Shown: one piece after another, positions 38,157 through 51,800 of the stretch
Numbering within the stretch: position 1 is the stretch's first letter
Layout of the letters: each line of letters begins with the position of its first letter
NCBI GenBank assembly: GCA_016748015.1
Contig: JAAOMT010000741.1
Location: 186,001-250,000 of the forward strand
Source: Geosiphon pyriformis uo1
Taxonomy: Eukaryota; Fungi; Glomeromycota
DNA: 64,000 nt
Direction: 5' to 3'
Made by a program: the position numbers and the translations under genes
The notes under the pieces: model-generated
The model's database searches: none
Told to the model about the DNA's origin: nothing
The model's input: only the letters and a program-made list of their open reading frames with translations

Positions 38157-38990
38157 ATGAGTTCAACAGAAATTACCCCATCTGTCAAGCCAGCCTTTAC
38201 CTTTGAAGCAGAGAATTTTAGGAAAATACAACCGAAAGAATTTGTGCGAAAATTTCTAGCACAAAATATTCGACCGGATGGAAGAGTGTTCCGTCAGTTT
38301 CGGAAAACTACCATTAACCTCGGTTTGTTTAATAACTAAAAAATTTTATATTCAACAAAACGTAGTAGAGTTACAATTAATTTTTATATAGGACAAATCA
38401 AAACTGCCGAAGGTTCAGCGGTTGTTCGAATAGGCAGCACTACTGTGGTTTGTGGAATCAAAGCTGAAGTCGCGGAGCCCAAAACAAATTCTTCAACTGA
38501 CGGCTACCTTGGTAGCTTTTGTCACTACCCAGTCTCCCTTTATAAGTTTTAGATCAAAATACATATTTTAACTTGAGGATTTCGACAGTTCCTAATGTCG
38601 AACTCTCGCCAATTTGTTCTCCTAAGGTAAAACCTGGGCCTCCAAACGAACTAGCCCAAGTAATGAGTGAAAATTTGAACAAGCTGCTGAAGAGGTTAGT
38701 ATGTACCGTAATTAGATCTAGCAATTTGAAACATACTAAATTTTTTTCAAATCTTTTTTAGTGCGGCTGTATTATCCCTAGATGACTTATGTATTGAAGA
38801 GGGCAAAGCTGTTTGGGTATTGTATGCAGATGTTGTTTGTATAAATTATGATGGAAATGTTTTTGATGCATCTGTGATTGCAATGTTGGCGGCATTGAGT
38901 AACGGTAATTTTCTTTTCTTTTCTTTTACCAAACATAAAGATTTATAAAATAACAATAATAATAGCAATAGCAATAGCAATAGCAATAAC

Positions 38991-39023
<33 letters not shown>

Positions 39024-39421
39024 TTTTTAGTTCGACTTCCACAAGTTGAATATCAAGATGGTATAGTGATGGCAACGGAAACTCGACCAATCAAATTAAA
39101 ACTCTCTAGATTACCTTTTTCAACAACCTTCGCATTTTTTGATGGGTGGGTAAATTTACAAAAAATTTTATTCTTATATGAATCACACCATTAAACCCAA
39201 TATATTGGGTCTTCTTTAGCCTCTACCTTTTAGCAGATCCTAACGAAACTGAAGAATCGATTATCGAAGATGTAATCACTATAGCTTGTGATGAAACGGG
39301 TCAATTGTGCAATATTTGGAAGACAGGTGGTTCCTCATGTTCACAAGAGCAAATTAAGGTTTGTATATCTTTGGCACGTGAAAGGCATGCTCATCTACTT
39401 GATATTTTAAAGCATTGCTAG
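38157..39421 (+). CDS. RRP43: Exosome core subunit Rrp43 (EXOSC8, RNase PH fold); multi-exon
   Basis: FRKIQPKEFVRKFLAQNIRPDGR, GQIKTAEGSAVVRIGSTTVVCGIKAE, VPNVELSPICSPKVKPGPP, LCIEEGKAVWVLYADVVCINYDGNVFDA, LLADPNETEE. Confidence 0.92.
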
Positions 39422-40219
39422 ACTAGTTACATAAAGAGTAATATTTCGTTAATAAAATTCCATAAATCACATGATTTCATATAAATCAAAAGTTTACCTT
39501 TGTTAAAACTAAAATAACTTAAACAAAATTTTTTTGGAATTAAATTACAGATTATTTTTACACAACTTAATTATTACATTATAAACATAAATTGTTTTAC
39601 ATATAATTAATAAGTTATTTAAGCTTATTAAAATTATTTTAACTTGAATAAAAAACAAATTTTGTGTTTTTATTTGTTTATACAGCAATTTAAATAAATT
39701 AACATTTTAATAAATTTTTTTTACTAAAATTAATGGTTTTTTACTATTTTTAATATTGGTATTAACAAATATAATTCAATTCATATTTTAAATTATACAA
39801 TATACAAATTATAAATTAAATATAATTTATGTTTTTGTTATATATAATCAAATATTTAAATTAAAACCAATTTTAAAAACTTTATACTATTAAATAATCT
39901 ATAATTACCAAACAAAACACCAAAAATTATATATTTAATAGTATTTATACTAATAAAATCAATTAACTTTTGGTAAAAACATTTTTGTAAATATTTATTA
40001 CATTAAAAACATGTATTTTTTTAACAATATTCAGAATTTTATATTTAAATATATTAAAAAACCAAATATATTATAATAATTATAATTATTAATTTTTTAG
40101 ACAAAAAAATTCTTATAAATTTAATATAATAAGTCTTAAATACTAAATTTTAATTAATATTATGTAAATATTATTATTATTAATTTAAATTAACAAATAT
40201 AATATATAAAACAAGTACA

Positions 40220-40407
40220 ACTTAGGCTTCGGTTTTTTGCATGGCATTCCTTTAATTGGTAGCTTAGGTGTGTAGTGCCGCCTTGATTGGTCCGAGTGGC
40301 CAGTCACGTGTAGAAAACGCATGAGCCGCGCTTAATTTAGAATCTTATTTGAGTCTATCGTTTTAGGTAGCGGTTGGGCTGCACTCGTTAAGCTGTAATA
40401 AAAAAAA
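40220..40407 (+). mobile_element. Short 5'-truncated LINE copy (3' UTR + A-tail), GC/CpG intact
   Basis: GGTGTGTAGTGCCGCCTTGATTGGTCCGAGTGGCCAGTCACGTGTAGAAAACGCATGA matches the reverse complement of about 41990-42050 (3' end of the long LINE); ends AATAAAAAAAA. Confidence 0.8.
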
Positions 40408-41047
40408 TAAATAAAACAAAACAATGAAAATTTTAAATAAAAATTTCTAAATATATATATATTTAATAAAAATAAATAATCTATTATTTAATTTATATAT
40501 ATATAATACAATTTATGATAAATATATTTTTAAACTAGTTATTTTTTTAATTTTAAGATTAAATTTAAGACTTTTATTTAAATATAATATAATAATAAAC
40601 TTAAACCAATTTATATTTTAAATTAAAATTATATTAATATATTTAAAATTACAAAAAATTTTTATTAAAATAATTAATATTATTATACAAAGTTTTAACA
40701 AAATAATAAGTTTCATTAAATATTTTAATATTATTTGTTTTAATAAATTTTTTCTTTATATTTTAGAATTAAAACAAAAACATAAAATTTAGTTAAAATA
40801 AATAATAATATATTAAATATATTAATACTAATATTAAGACTTAATTCAAAATAATAAGTTTTAGTAAGTATTTGTTTTGTGCTTTCTTTTTTAATATTAA
40901 TAATAGTCTAATTATGCATAAAAATATATAGTATTACCTAAATTGGCTTAAATAATTGGTTATATGTAATAAATATATGAGTTATATTTAGTTAAGATTA
41001 CTTAAAATAATTTTGTATACTAGATAATAACTAAGCTGCACTTATTA

Positions 41048-41078
<31 letters not shown>

Positions 41079-41910
41079 CCAAAATAAAATAAATTTTAAA
41101 AAACAATATTTTAATTAATAATAAGAATTATAAAATTAATTTTATATTAATTAATAACTCAATTTTTTGCTAATAATAAAAAAATTATATAAAACAAATT
41201 TAATTTAATATATTTTGTCAAATATATAATAATTAAAACAAATTAATTAAAAATTTATTTATTTTACTGATTAAATATTTAAAATACTTTAAAAAACTAA
41301 TAACAAAAAATAAATTTTATTTTTAAGAATTTTAAAAACCAAAATGTTTTTATATATATATAAAATATTATTTAATATATATACAACAAAAATTTTATAT
41401 TTATATAGTATTCTAAAAATATTTGTCAAAAAATTAACTTTTAACTTAATTAAAAATAAAAACAGATTTATAAACTATTATCTTAATATTTATAAATTTA
41501 ATAATTAATACTTAAAAAATCTTTTTTTTATTAAAAAAACTTATAATAATAGTTATTTTATTTTTAATATATAATTGTTTAAATATTTTAAACTATATAA
41601 TAAAAAATAATAAACAATTTTAATAAAAAAAATTTGTTTTGAATTTTAAAATTTTTTTAATTAATAAATTTTACTTATTATAAATATTTTTAAATATATA
41701 ACATATTTAAATATATTTACCAAATAATTAATTTATTTATTTAAAATAACATTTTTTAAACTTGTATTAATAAAAATTTTATATTAATTTAAATTTTATT
41801 TAAATTAAACTTAAGAAAACAAACATATATTATATTATTATTAATTATTATAAAAATATTTTTTTTTTCTTTTAGTAAGATATATAATTAAACATTCTAT
41901 AATAATAATA

Positions 41911-44900
41911 TTTTTTTTTCATTTAATAAGTAAAGTCCAAACATTGCCTAGTGCAATATATCATACAAATAATTTAAACTAGGTGTGAATCATGCACTTT
42001 CTACACGTGACTAGCCATTTGGACCAATCAAAACAACACTATACACCTATATGAATAGAAACTTCATCACTTATGTCTGAAAAAAATAAACAAGACTTAC
42101 GAAAACTGAAACCAACACCAATTGCTTTAGCAACACCCAGCAATCCAATCATGCCCACCAATAGCACTAAAAAAAGCCCAGAAATTGAGATAGGAACAGA
42201 TCCATCACATGAAATAAGTCCATTTTTTTCCATAAAAACATGATGCTTGGCATGAATCAACCAAATATCTTCTCAAAAAGCATGACTAAACTTATGCACA
42301 AAGACCACAATGTTTTGACTCACTACTTTGGAATTCTTAAAAACAGAGACAGACTCTCAAAACCAATCCTTGAAAATAAAACTCTTGTATAGAACAGTGC
42401 TGACCAAAATGTCAGACAAACAAGTGAACAACAGCTGCGAGACAACTGAAAAAGAACAACTCAGACTGAATCACACTCCCCAAGCTGATACATGAGAGTC
42501 CAACAAATATGCACAATCATCAGCATCAAACAAACAAGAAAAAACATGGTCCAAGACTTCGACATCACCACAGAGCAAATACATTATGCTAGGGTAACTT
42601 TTATTATAAAGCAATTTATGTATGGCAACAAAGAGCTGAAAGTGCAATGCTTTCATAAAATACATCTGGAAACCAGCAGTTCATTTGCTAGTAAAGCCAG
42701 CAGCCATGTGAAAATTCAGATGTCATACCAGCAAAGATCTGAACCAATCAATATCCATGTGCAGACTGTCCACCACTACCTATGAACCAAAACCAATTTC
42801 CCAATATGCATAATAAACTGACCAAAAAACATCCCAAACAAAATGCCTAAAATTACCAGAAATGGCAGTACTACCAACTCTAAGATAGCATTCATTAATA
42901 GAATGGGGCAGAGTCCAACTAAAGAGAGCTGCAGCTCTGGCCAATTCATCTACATGTATGTTGCCCAAAACACCCAAATGACTTTTGACTTTATACCAAT
43001 TAACATTCAAATTCTTACTACGAATAACATTCACAATGTGGCAATGTTCAATTCAACACTGATTTCTAAAATTCAGGTAAACCAAATCCAACTCTGACTT
43101 GTAAGCATCCAAAGCTGCTTGACTGTTCAAGAACAAGTTGATCGAGTGAGAAAAAGGAACACACTCGAGAGCTAGAGCAATGGCCTACAACTCTGTCAAG
43201 GTAGAAGACATTAAACCAGAAACTCCCACCCCCAAATCCATACCAATGTCCTTAAAAAAAACAGCAGCCCTGGCTTTCATATCAACAGACCCCAAGCCAC
43301 TCAATAATCCATCCATATAAACAGAAAGATGACCAACATCAGAACATAACAAATTGGCACTAATAGCACTAAACTCACAAGAACAAAGAACATTTGAAGA
43401 GCTGCCATTATCCAAAGATGAGAAATAGACAGAAAAAGAGAATGCACTACCAAGAAAACAAACAGAAAGCTCAAACCAGACAAGAACTGGACTATGCGGA
43501 TCCAACCACTTCCACTACTTGAAGATTTTCCAATTAAAAATAGCCCCACTTCGGTCAAACAGCTGTTCTACAAAGGCAATTCTATAATGCTGAAGTGAAA
43601 AAACACACTTAAAATAGGTTGATTTACCAAGAACACTAGACATAAGGGTTCCATTCCGATGACAAAAAGCATTGGTCAGGGAGCCACCTAAGGACAAATC
43701 ACTTCCAAAGAAAATGCACATCATATCAGCCAAAAAATTATTCAAAGGGTTGACCTTGACATAAACTGGGTACTGCAAAGAATGAAATGGACACCAGCAG
43801 AGGACCTGAAGATTATGTAACCAGTGAAAGAATAAATAACCCAAAATACTAACAGAGTTCGTGAAAGAAATGATTGAGGCCAATTTATTCTCAGTCTGAA
43901 TCTGCTTAAAAGTTTTCAAACCATACAGAGAAGAATAATGAATTGCATTACTAGGAAAGTCACACAACAGACCAGACTTAGATTTCAAGCCCTTACAAAT
44001 CAGAGTGTCCCACTTCTTAAAAGCACTGACAGAAACATAATTGAATTGTGTTCTATAACCAATGATAAGAAAGAGGACTGCTGAAACCAAATACAAAAAC
44101 TGTTTATTAGATACTGTCTTTTTGAAAACCAAATTAGCAAAAAACCGGACATCAGAATGTGCTTTGGCCAAGCTAGGTTTGGAAAGACCCTCAGTTGACA
44201 GATAGATCCCTAAATAGCAATGTGATTTCCCTCTCTTGGCAATAGAAATAGGTGACTCACTGATTAACAAGGAAGAATCTGCAACCTTGCAATTAATAGG
44301 AATGGTCACAGTCTTATCATTATTAATTGAAATATTATTGATATCAAAAAATTTATCAGCAACATTGAGAATGTGGTGTGTAGCACTTCAACTGCTGCCA
44401 ACCTATATAGTATTATTAACAAAGGCACCCACAGCAAAAAAGGAAAAGAGACCAGCCTGAAATTTGGCACGACTATATCTAGAAATAAAGTAAGAATTCA
44501 ACTTATATTTACACTGATTTACCTGTTTCTTAACCTCACACAGAAGAAAATCATAAAATATGTGCCAAAAGAGTGGTAAGAACACCTTCTTCTGATCCAA
44601 ACCATTGTGCACTCTGTATTTATCCATCAAACCAAAATCTGTCATAACTCTATTGATGTAATTATTATGAATACCACCAAAAAATCTAATGAACCTGTTA
44701 CACATCTTTATCCTAACCAAACTGTTTCCAAGATGTTTCCACCCAACAGAATCATAAGCCTTTCACATGTTCTGCAAGACCAACCAGAGTTCATGACCTT
44801 TCTCCAAAGTATTTTTAACCACTGAACCAACAGCAAAAATGGGTAACTATATCATCATACTCCTTAGGACCGAAAAATTGTTCTCATGCAAAACATCAAA

Positions 44901-47900
44901 AATACTACATGCCAATGAGATCCTATCTGAAAGAATTTTGGAAAAAATCTTGTAGGCAGTTTCAATCAAGGCAATAGGTCAGATGTTTGTGAGAACTTTA
45001 TTCCATTTATACAGCTTAGGAATCATCGATACTCAAGCTTTCTTCCAAGCACTAGGTACTGATTTGTGAATCAAACAAGAATTTAAAAGCACCAAAAGCA
45101 TATCCAAAATTGATCTATTACAATGTTTCCAGAGTTCATTTGAAATCCTAAAGAGACCAGCAACTTTACCCTTGGGAAGATCAAAAATCACACCAAGCAA
45201 CTTGTCAACACCAACAGGACACATTACATCAGAAAAAACATTATCAAAAACATATTTCAGAGGCCAGTATTGGCATGACCATTCATTTAAGATGTCAGGC
45301 ATAACTCTGCACTTCCTGGTCCAACCTTCCATAATCCCATCCACTCTAGATTTAACTAGGCTTGGCTCCAATACCAATTCGTCATTTACAACCAAATGAT
45401 CCAGTACCACCTTGCAAAAGAGGTGCTCCAAAACACTCCTGATGATGTGACCTTTATCTGATTCAAAACTTTCCATCCTCTTATTAATAGCTGCCTTGAT
45501 ACATGTTTTCTTAGCACGTCTGAATTCCAGCAACTTAGAAAAGCAGTAAGATTTTCTCACCTTAGCCAGAGCCGAGCAAATCATGTCAAAATTGGAACTT
45601 GAAAGAAATAAAAACTTTATCACTGATGCACCATTAGCATCGAGCCTGCACCACATATTCACAATAAAACAAATTCCACACTAGAGACCAAGCAAGAAGC
45701 CTTAACCAGCTTAGACACCAGCAATTTTAGTCTATGAAACCTTGAGAAATTTCTGGTGAAAACCCCATCAAAATCTTTGAACCATTTCTTTCTAAATATC
45801 TTATTAGCTGAAAGAGTCATTATTTTGCACAAAACATTCCACATAATATCTAAATTCAAGAGTTGTATAGTGGCAGCAAACTCATTGGCAAACATTCTAG
45901 CTTTGGCTGAAGTGACATCTTTAAAACTTTTCTATTTACTGTCATCAGCATTCCTGAAATCAAACTTCCAATGATCTCTATTAGCCTGTCTACAAAGGGA
46001 GTTTAACTAAGTATCCAGCAGACCGCTTAGGCCCACAGAAACAGAAACTGCCCAATAATCAGTGTTGAAATGTTTGTTACATTCACAACATTGCAATCCA
46101 CTACTGCATTAACCAAATTAGATGAAACTAGCACAAAATCAATTGTTTTTTTACACCTCTCGAATTTTTCCATGTAGAACTTTTCACTACTGGGCTACCT
46201 GACAAAGAGTTGACCAGCCCCAAGTCTAGACATCTTTTAAAACTCACACTCTTACGCAAACTATCCTCATTGAAATCACCACCCAAAACAACAAAAGAAG
46301 ATTCATTAATAGTCTTAGCAATAAAAGAGTTGACTTCACCAGCCTGAGAGAACTGAACCATTGAAGAAGCACCAGCATATAGCCCCAAAATAGACACAAA
46401 AAGTTTATTCTTGAAAAGTAGCTTAATAGACAGGAGCCAACCAGGCATTTCAGAAACTTTGCACACATGTTTTGCCAAAGAAATGTTCATGACAATCACA
46501 ATGCCAGAGCCCACATAACCAGAATCCAAACCAGAAGTGAACACCCAGACATCATCAAACTTATTCATGATCCATGGACAAATTTTACTCTTTAACTTGG
46601 TCTTAATAACAATAGAAATCAAATTGTTTGTCTTCTTATGCCAACAAATTATATCATCCTGTTTTGCAGGATTGTTCATGCCTCTTATATTACACATGGC
46701 AATCTTCCAAACCAAAACACTTATTGAGAAATAGAGGCAGCCAACGAACTTAAACCTGAGCATAAACAATCCAATTTTTCCAAAACAGATTCAACTGAAA
46801 TTTTTAAAGCCATCATCTTGGATTCTAAACCACTGACTTTGGTAGTCAAAACTTTAGAACTACTTGAACTTATAACAGAAGCTGTATCACTGATAACAGG
46901 AGGAGAGGGATTGAAAATTGCTGAAACACCATCCAATACTATATTCAAATCCAAACCTGAAACCACAGACACTGGAACTACTGGGGGAGAAGCATCAAAT
47001 GTAGTTATCAAAAGCACCAATTTTATGGAACCCAATTTCTTTAAAATACCAGAAACCTGGTCAGCCAAAAGTTTTAGAAAGCATTCCAAAGAAGCCAAAC
47101 AACCATACACATCACAATTGCTAGGCGAAACAGAAGCAAATAGAGAGGTCTCAACAACAAGGAATAGACTAGCACCACAAGAAACCAAAAAAGCCACATA
47201 AGAAAAAAAACCACCAGCTACCTGAGCCCAAGTTCTACCACCAAAAAAAACTGGACAGACAATAGGAGCTTGTTTCTTCTTATAAATACCAGCCAAATGA
47301 ATCTAATCCTGGTCAGTTATCACTCGCTTCCCATGAACTCCAGAAATCCCACTAGATAAACATGTATCAGAGATGTGACCAATTTGTTTACACTTGGTGC
47401 AACAAGCCAGAGAAAGACCAGCTCATCACAAATTCACACCCTTAAAAACTGGATTAGAACCAATTGTAGCCAACTTTGATTCCTTATCAGCAAAACAAAC
47501 CACAGCACATCTGTCACAGACATAAGAACTAGGATTTTAACCAATAAAACAGGTCTTCCCACCATATGAATCAAGTAAACTAGACAAATCATGAACAGTA
47601 GTGCCAACTGGCAAAGTATAAAGCAAGGCCCTATATTGATTTCTGAACACCCAAGATTGTTTATCTTCAACAGCCAATACCACCCACACAGAATTTTTTC
47701 CCATGAGAATAAACTATTTAGAAGCAACTAAACTAGCCACCTCTGGTGATTCAAACTTAACCAAAGCTTTCTGCCACAAACCAATCAATTGCATCTTAAT
47801 TGACACAATTTTACCAAACTTAGCAAAAACTGACTCAATTGCTGATCTGGAAAGGTCTACTGGAATTTCTTTGACAATTATTTCCTGATTTGAATGAATG

Positions 47901-48800
47901 CCCAACTTTTTAACATCATTATTTACTAAAATCTTCTCACAAATTGCCAATTCCTTAGCTTTGTTAAGACTCAACTCAGAAGTAAAAGAGGATCTAATGA
48001 TCTCTGTAAATTTTGAGGAAGTAGAAGCTCCTCCAAAACCATCTACTTGATAAAAAATTTTTTTAATTAAAATCAATTTCTCACTGACATTTTTTCTTGA
48101 AACAGCCAAAAGCTCAATATCTAATACAAATGATTTTACTGGCTCGAAGCTTCTTTTTTTCAGAATGCATGACTTGGCACTCAGCAGCTGATTGGAATCT
48201 TGAAACTTGGAAGACAGGAGTTCCAAAATGTTGTTGATGTCACTCATAACATTGAAAGAAGACTTCTTTAGTGGTTGTCCCAGAACATATGTTCTCATTC
48301 ATGTCTTCCTCAGAGTTGTATCATCCATTATATTGTTAGCTTTGGAATCATTGGAATCTACATAACTTGTTTCTTCTGCCATCATATTATCTATGTTTTC
48401 CAAGTCAGACACCTTAGCAACATTAGCATCCTTGCTCTCCATTTCACTGCTCCAAGACACCTTTCATTCCAAATTGCCAGCTTGTAAAACGTCATCAGGA
48501 ATAGGACCAGCCAATGAATTGACTATACCACCAGCATTTCCAGAAATTTTAGATTTCTTGTACAAAGGACCACGAGAGTATATGCTCTCAATGCACACTT
48601 TCTTTTTATTATTAGACTGGGTCTCCAACCTAGCCGAAACAGAATTAGAACCACCAGCAGAGAAGCCTACCAGTTCCATCACAACAAAAAGAAGAAAATT
48701 GGAAGGAATAATTAGAAAGAAAACAAAGGGTAAAAGAGAAAAGAGCTAATTAAGACTTCGGTAAAATTTGCTTTTGTTGTGGTCAGAGGATCGACAAGAG
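41911..48800 (-). mobile_element. Full-length but mutated non-LTR retrotransposon (LINE): ORF1 + ORF2 (APE-RT-RNase H-CCHC)
   Basis: ORF1 ~48682-46721 (RRM-like, CTKCKQIGH knuckle). ORF2 ~46720-42039: WKIAMCNIRGMN, VVLGGDFNE (APE); KYRVHNGLDQ, GAFVNNTI, YLGIYL (RT); VYMDG..SSTLTEL..VKSHLG.LGN..DELA (RNase H); C..CG.VE..DH.F.C. A-tail at 41911-41919; many stops. Confidence 0.92.
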
Positions 48801-48849
48801 AGAGTTATATATAGTTATAATATTATTATTATGATTAAAAACCATAATT

Positions 48850-51800
48850 TTTATTAGTTATCACATATATTAGTTATTAATATTATATAATTAGCCACTC
48901 TATTTTTAGATAATAATTATTAATTTAATCAATAACTTAATTGTTAACTTGATTGTTGATCTGATTATTGATTTGATTAATAATTTGATTGTTAATCTAA
49001 CTGTTAACCATTTTTAATAGCTATATAAGTAATAAATTTCTCAACTATAAAAAAACATATAAGAAATCAAAAAAATAAAACAATATCTATTAACTTAATT
49101 TTTTTTTTATTATTTGTTTTCCTTTTCTTATTCTTTATCTTTAAGTATCTAAAAATTTTAGGATAAAAAATTACTTGTTAGTATTTATCTACTCTTTCCC
49201 GATTTGTATAATTATAGTATTTAAAGATTATTGAATAAAATATGACTGAAAAATATATTTAATACTTAATATTAAATTCTAAAAATACCAGTATAAGACA
49301 TAAAATTATATTAATATATTATTATTTATTAACAATATAAACTATTCTTTTACTTTTAGATTTTTTAGTTATCTTTTAAAAAGATTAGTGACTAAGATAT
49401 TTTATGAGACTAATTTTATACATTAAATTTATATTTATTTAATTTACTCTTTAAAGTTAAAAATTTTTTAATTAATTTTATTATCTTACAATCTTGTTCT
49501 CTTTTGCTATCTATTAACTTGTTATTTTAATTCATAATATTATTTTACATCATAATAATATATTATTTATAATGTATAATTATAATATAATATAATTATT
49601 TCAACTTATTATATTGTCTTATTTATATAAAAATAATCACAAATTTGTGTTTAATCTAATGTGTTTTTTATTTTTTAATTTAGTGTTTTTTATTTTCTAA
49701 TCTAATGTATTTTTTATTCACATTTTTTATTTTCTAATTTATTGTATTTTTAATATTGTATTTTTGATTTTATTTATTGTTAAACTTTTCTAATATACAA
49801 GCTTTCTTAATTATATTATAATATAATAAGTTTTATATTTATAAAACTTTTACAAATTAATGCTAAAGATTTCACAATATATTTGAATATAGTCATATAA
49901 TAAAAAATACAGTATACCAAAAATTTAATTTATATATTAAGTATACTAATATATGAAAAAAAATTCAACATAAATTTTTACAAAAAATTAAAAAAGAAAT
50001 TGAAAAATACTTGGCAATTTTAATTCTAATTCAAGATTTTTTGAATTTTTTATAATTAATACTATTATCTTAAAACTTTAGAATTATTTAAACTACTTTA
50101 ATTTCAATTATTCTAAAAATAATTTAAGAGATTATTGTAGATAACATAACTTTTTTTAATGTTTTAATACAAAAAAAAACTGTAAAAACTATTGTTATAG
50201 ATAATTATTTAGGATGTTGAAACAAATAACAAACCTGTAACTTGGTGCTTAATAACTGGTAATGTTGGTAATTTTTGAAGGTTTTGGTTGAGTTTTTTGT
50301 ATAATAAACAGAGATTTAATTAATGGTTTCTTCTGTGAATTTTTTTTTTAGTGTAATGATTAATTTATTCTGACAGTTGTGTTTTTCTGGTAAGCTATCC
50401 TTAAATTTTTACTCTTGTTTTCAGGTTTTTTAGCAAACTATTTTTGATGTTAAATATTTAGTGCTTAATCTTTTTAATCAATTAGTAAACAACAAAAAAA
50501 AAAATAAAAAAAATAAAAAAAAAATAAAAAATTAGTATTCTGTTAATAGTTATGATCAAAAACTATTGATCTAGTGTAGTTAAATATTAGATTCTATCAA
50601 CATAAAGTATTGATAGTGGCAAAAATGATTTATAGTCTTAATTAAGTAATGATAACATGAATTTGATAATAATTAGATATTTTATTGATATTAATATAAT
50701 TTTACTTTAAATCATAAAAAACTATCTTTTAAAAGAAAGAATAGGGTAAATAATTATTGCTAGCTATTGTTTTGTCTGAGTTAAATATTTTTTCTGTTTC
50801 TAATATTCTTATTATATATACATAATTCATATTATATAAGATTTCTTAAAATTCTAAAATCTTGCAATTCTCTTAAAAGAATCCTGAAATTTTTTTTTAT
50901 TATGCTTATTTCTGATTGGTTATTTTACTTATTATTATAATTTCTAATTTCTATAAGTAACACTATTAATACAAATAACAAAAAGCTTGTTAAGCTTTAA
51001 CAAATTTATAATTCTATTATTAACTTGAAAATTTGACATAATTTTCTAATTTGTATTAAAAATTTCAAAAAATTTTTGCATAATAAGGCTAAAAAAATAA
51101 AAAAAATTAAAGTATTATACAAAATATCAAAGTAAAAATTAGCCAAAAAAAGCAAAATTTTTGAAAGAATATTAAGAAATTATAAAATATAACTTATTTG
51201 ATTACTCATTTTTTTTGATTTAATATCCAAAATTACATAAACATATTTACAAATATATTGAGTTTAAAACTACAAACAAAAATAAAATTTATAAAAATTA
51301 GAATTATTAATTATTTCTGTAAAGCTCTAAATTTAAAATATAATAAATATCTTTCTCATACTACTTTAAATAATTATTTATTGTTACATTAATCAATTAC
51401 AATATTAATAAAAGCCTATTATTATTTAATTAATATTGTAATTGCTTCTATTTTACAAAATAATAAAAAAAAACTCTAATGAACATTATTGTTTTGTTTT
51501 AATAAAGAGTTAAACAATTTGCAGCTTTATTTTTTATTTAATTTGTAATTATTTTACAAAATAACAAAGCCAAAATTTTTTTTAATATTCTTACAGTTGA
51601 AAAAATTTTTCAAACTATGCAAAGTTTTTAAAAGCTAGTTATACTATCAGATTATGATTTTCCAATTAACATATAGCAAAAGTTAATTCTGTTAGTTTAT
51701 TTGCTAATAAACCCAAATAATACAAATAATATCTTTTACAATAATTAACTATTAATTTTTATTTGTTCATAATATAAAATTAATACAAGCTTTGTTATTT

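Noticed and set aside
41890-48830. Target-site duplication for the full-length LINE
   Set aside because: Flanks are near-pure AT, so no unambiguous duplication could be read
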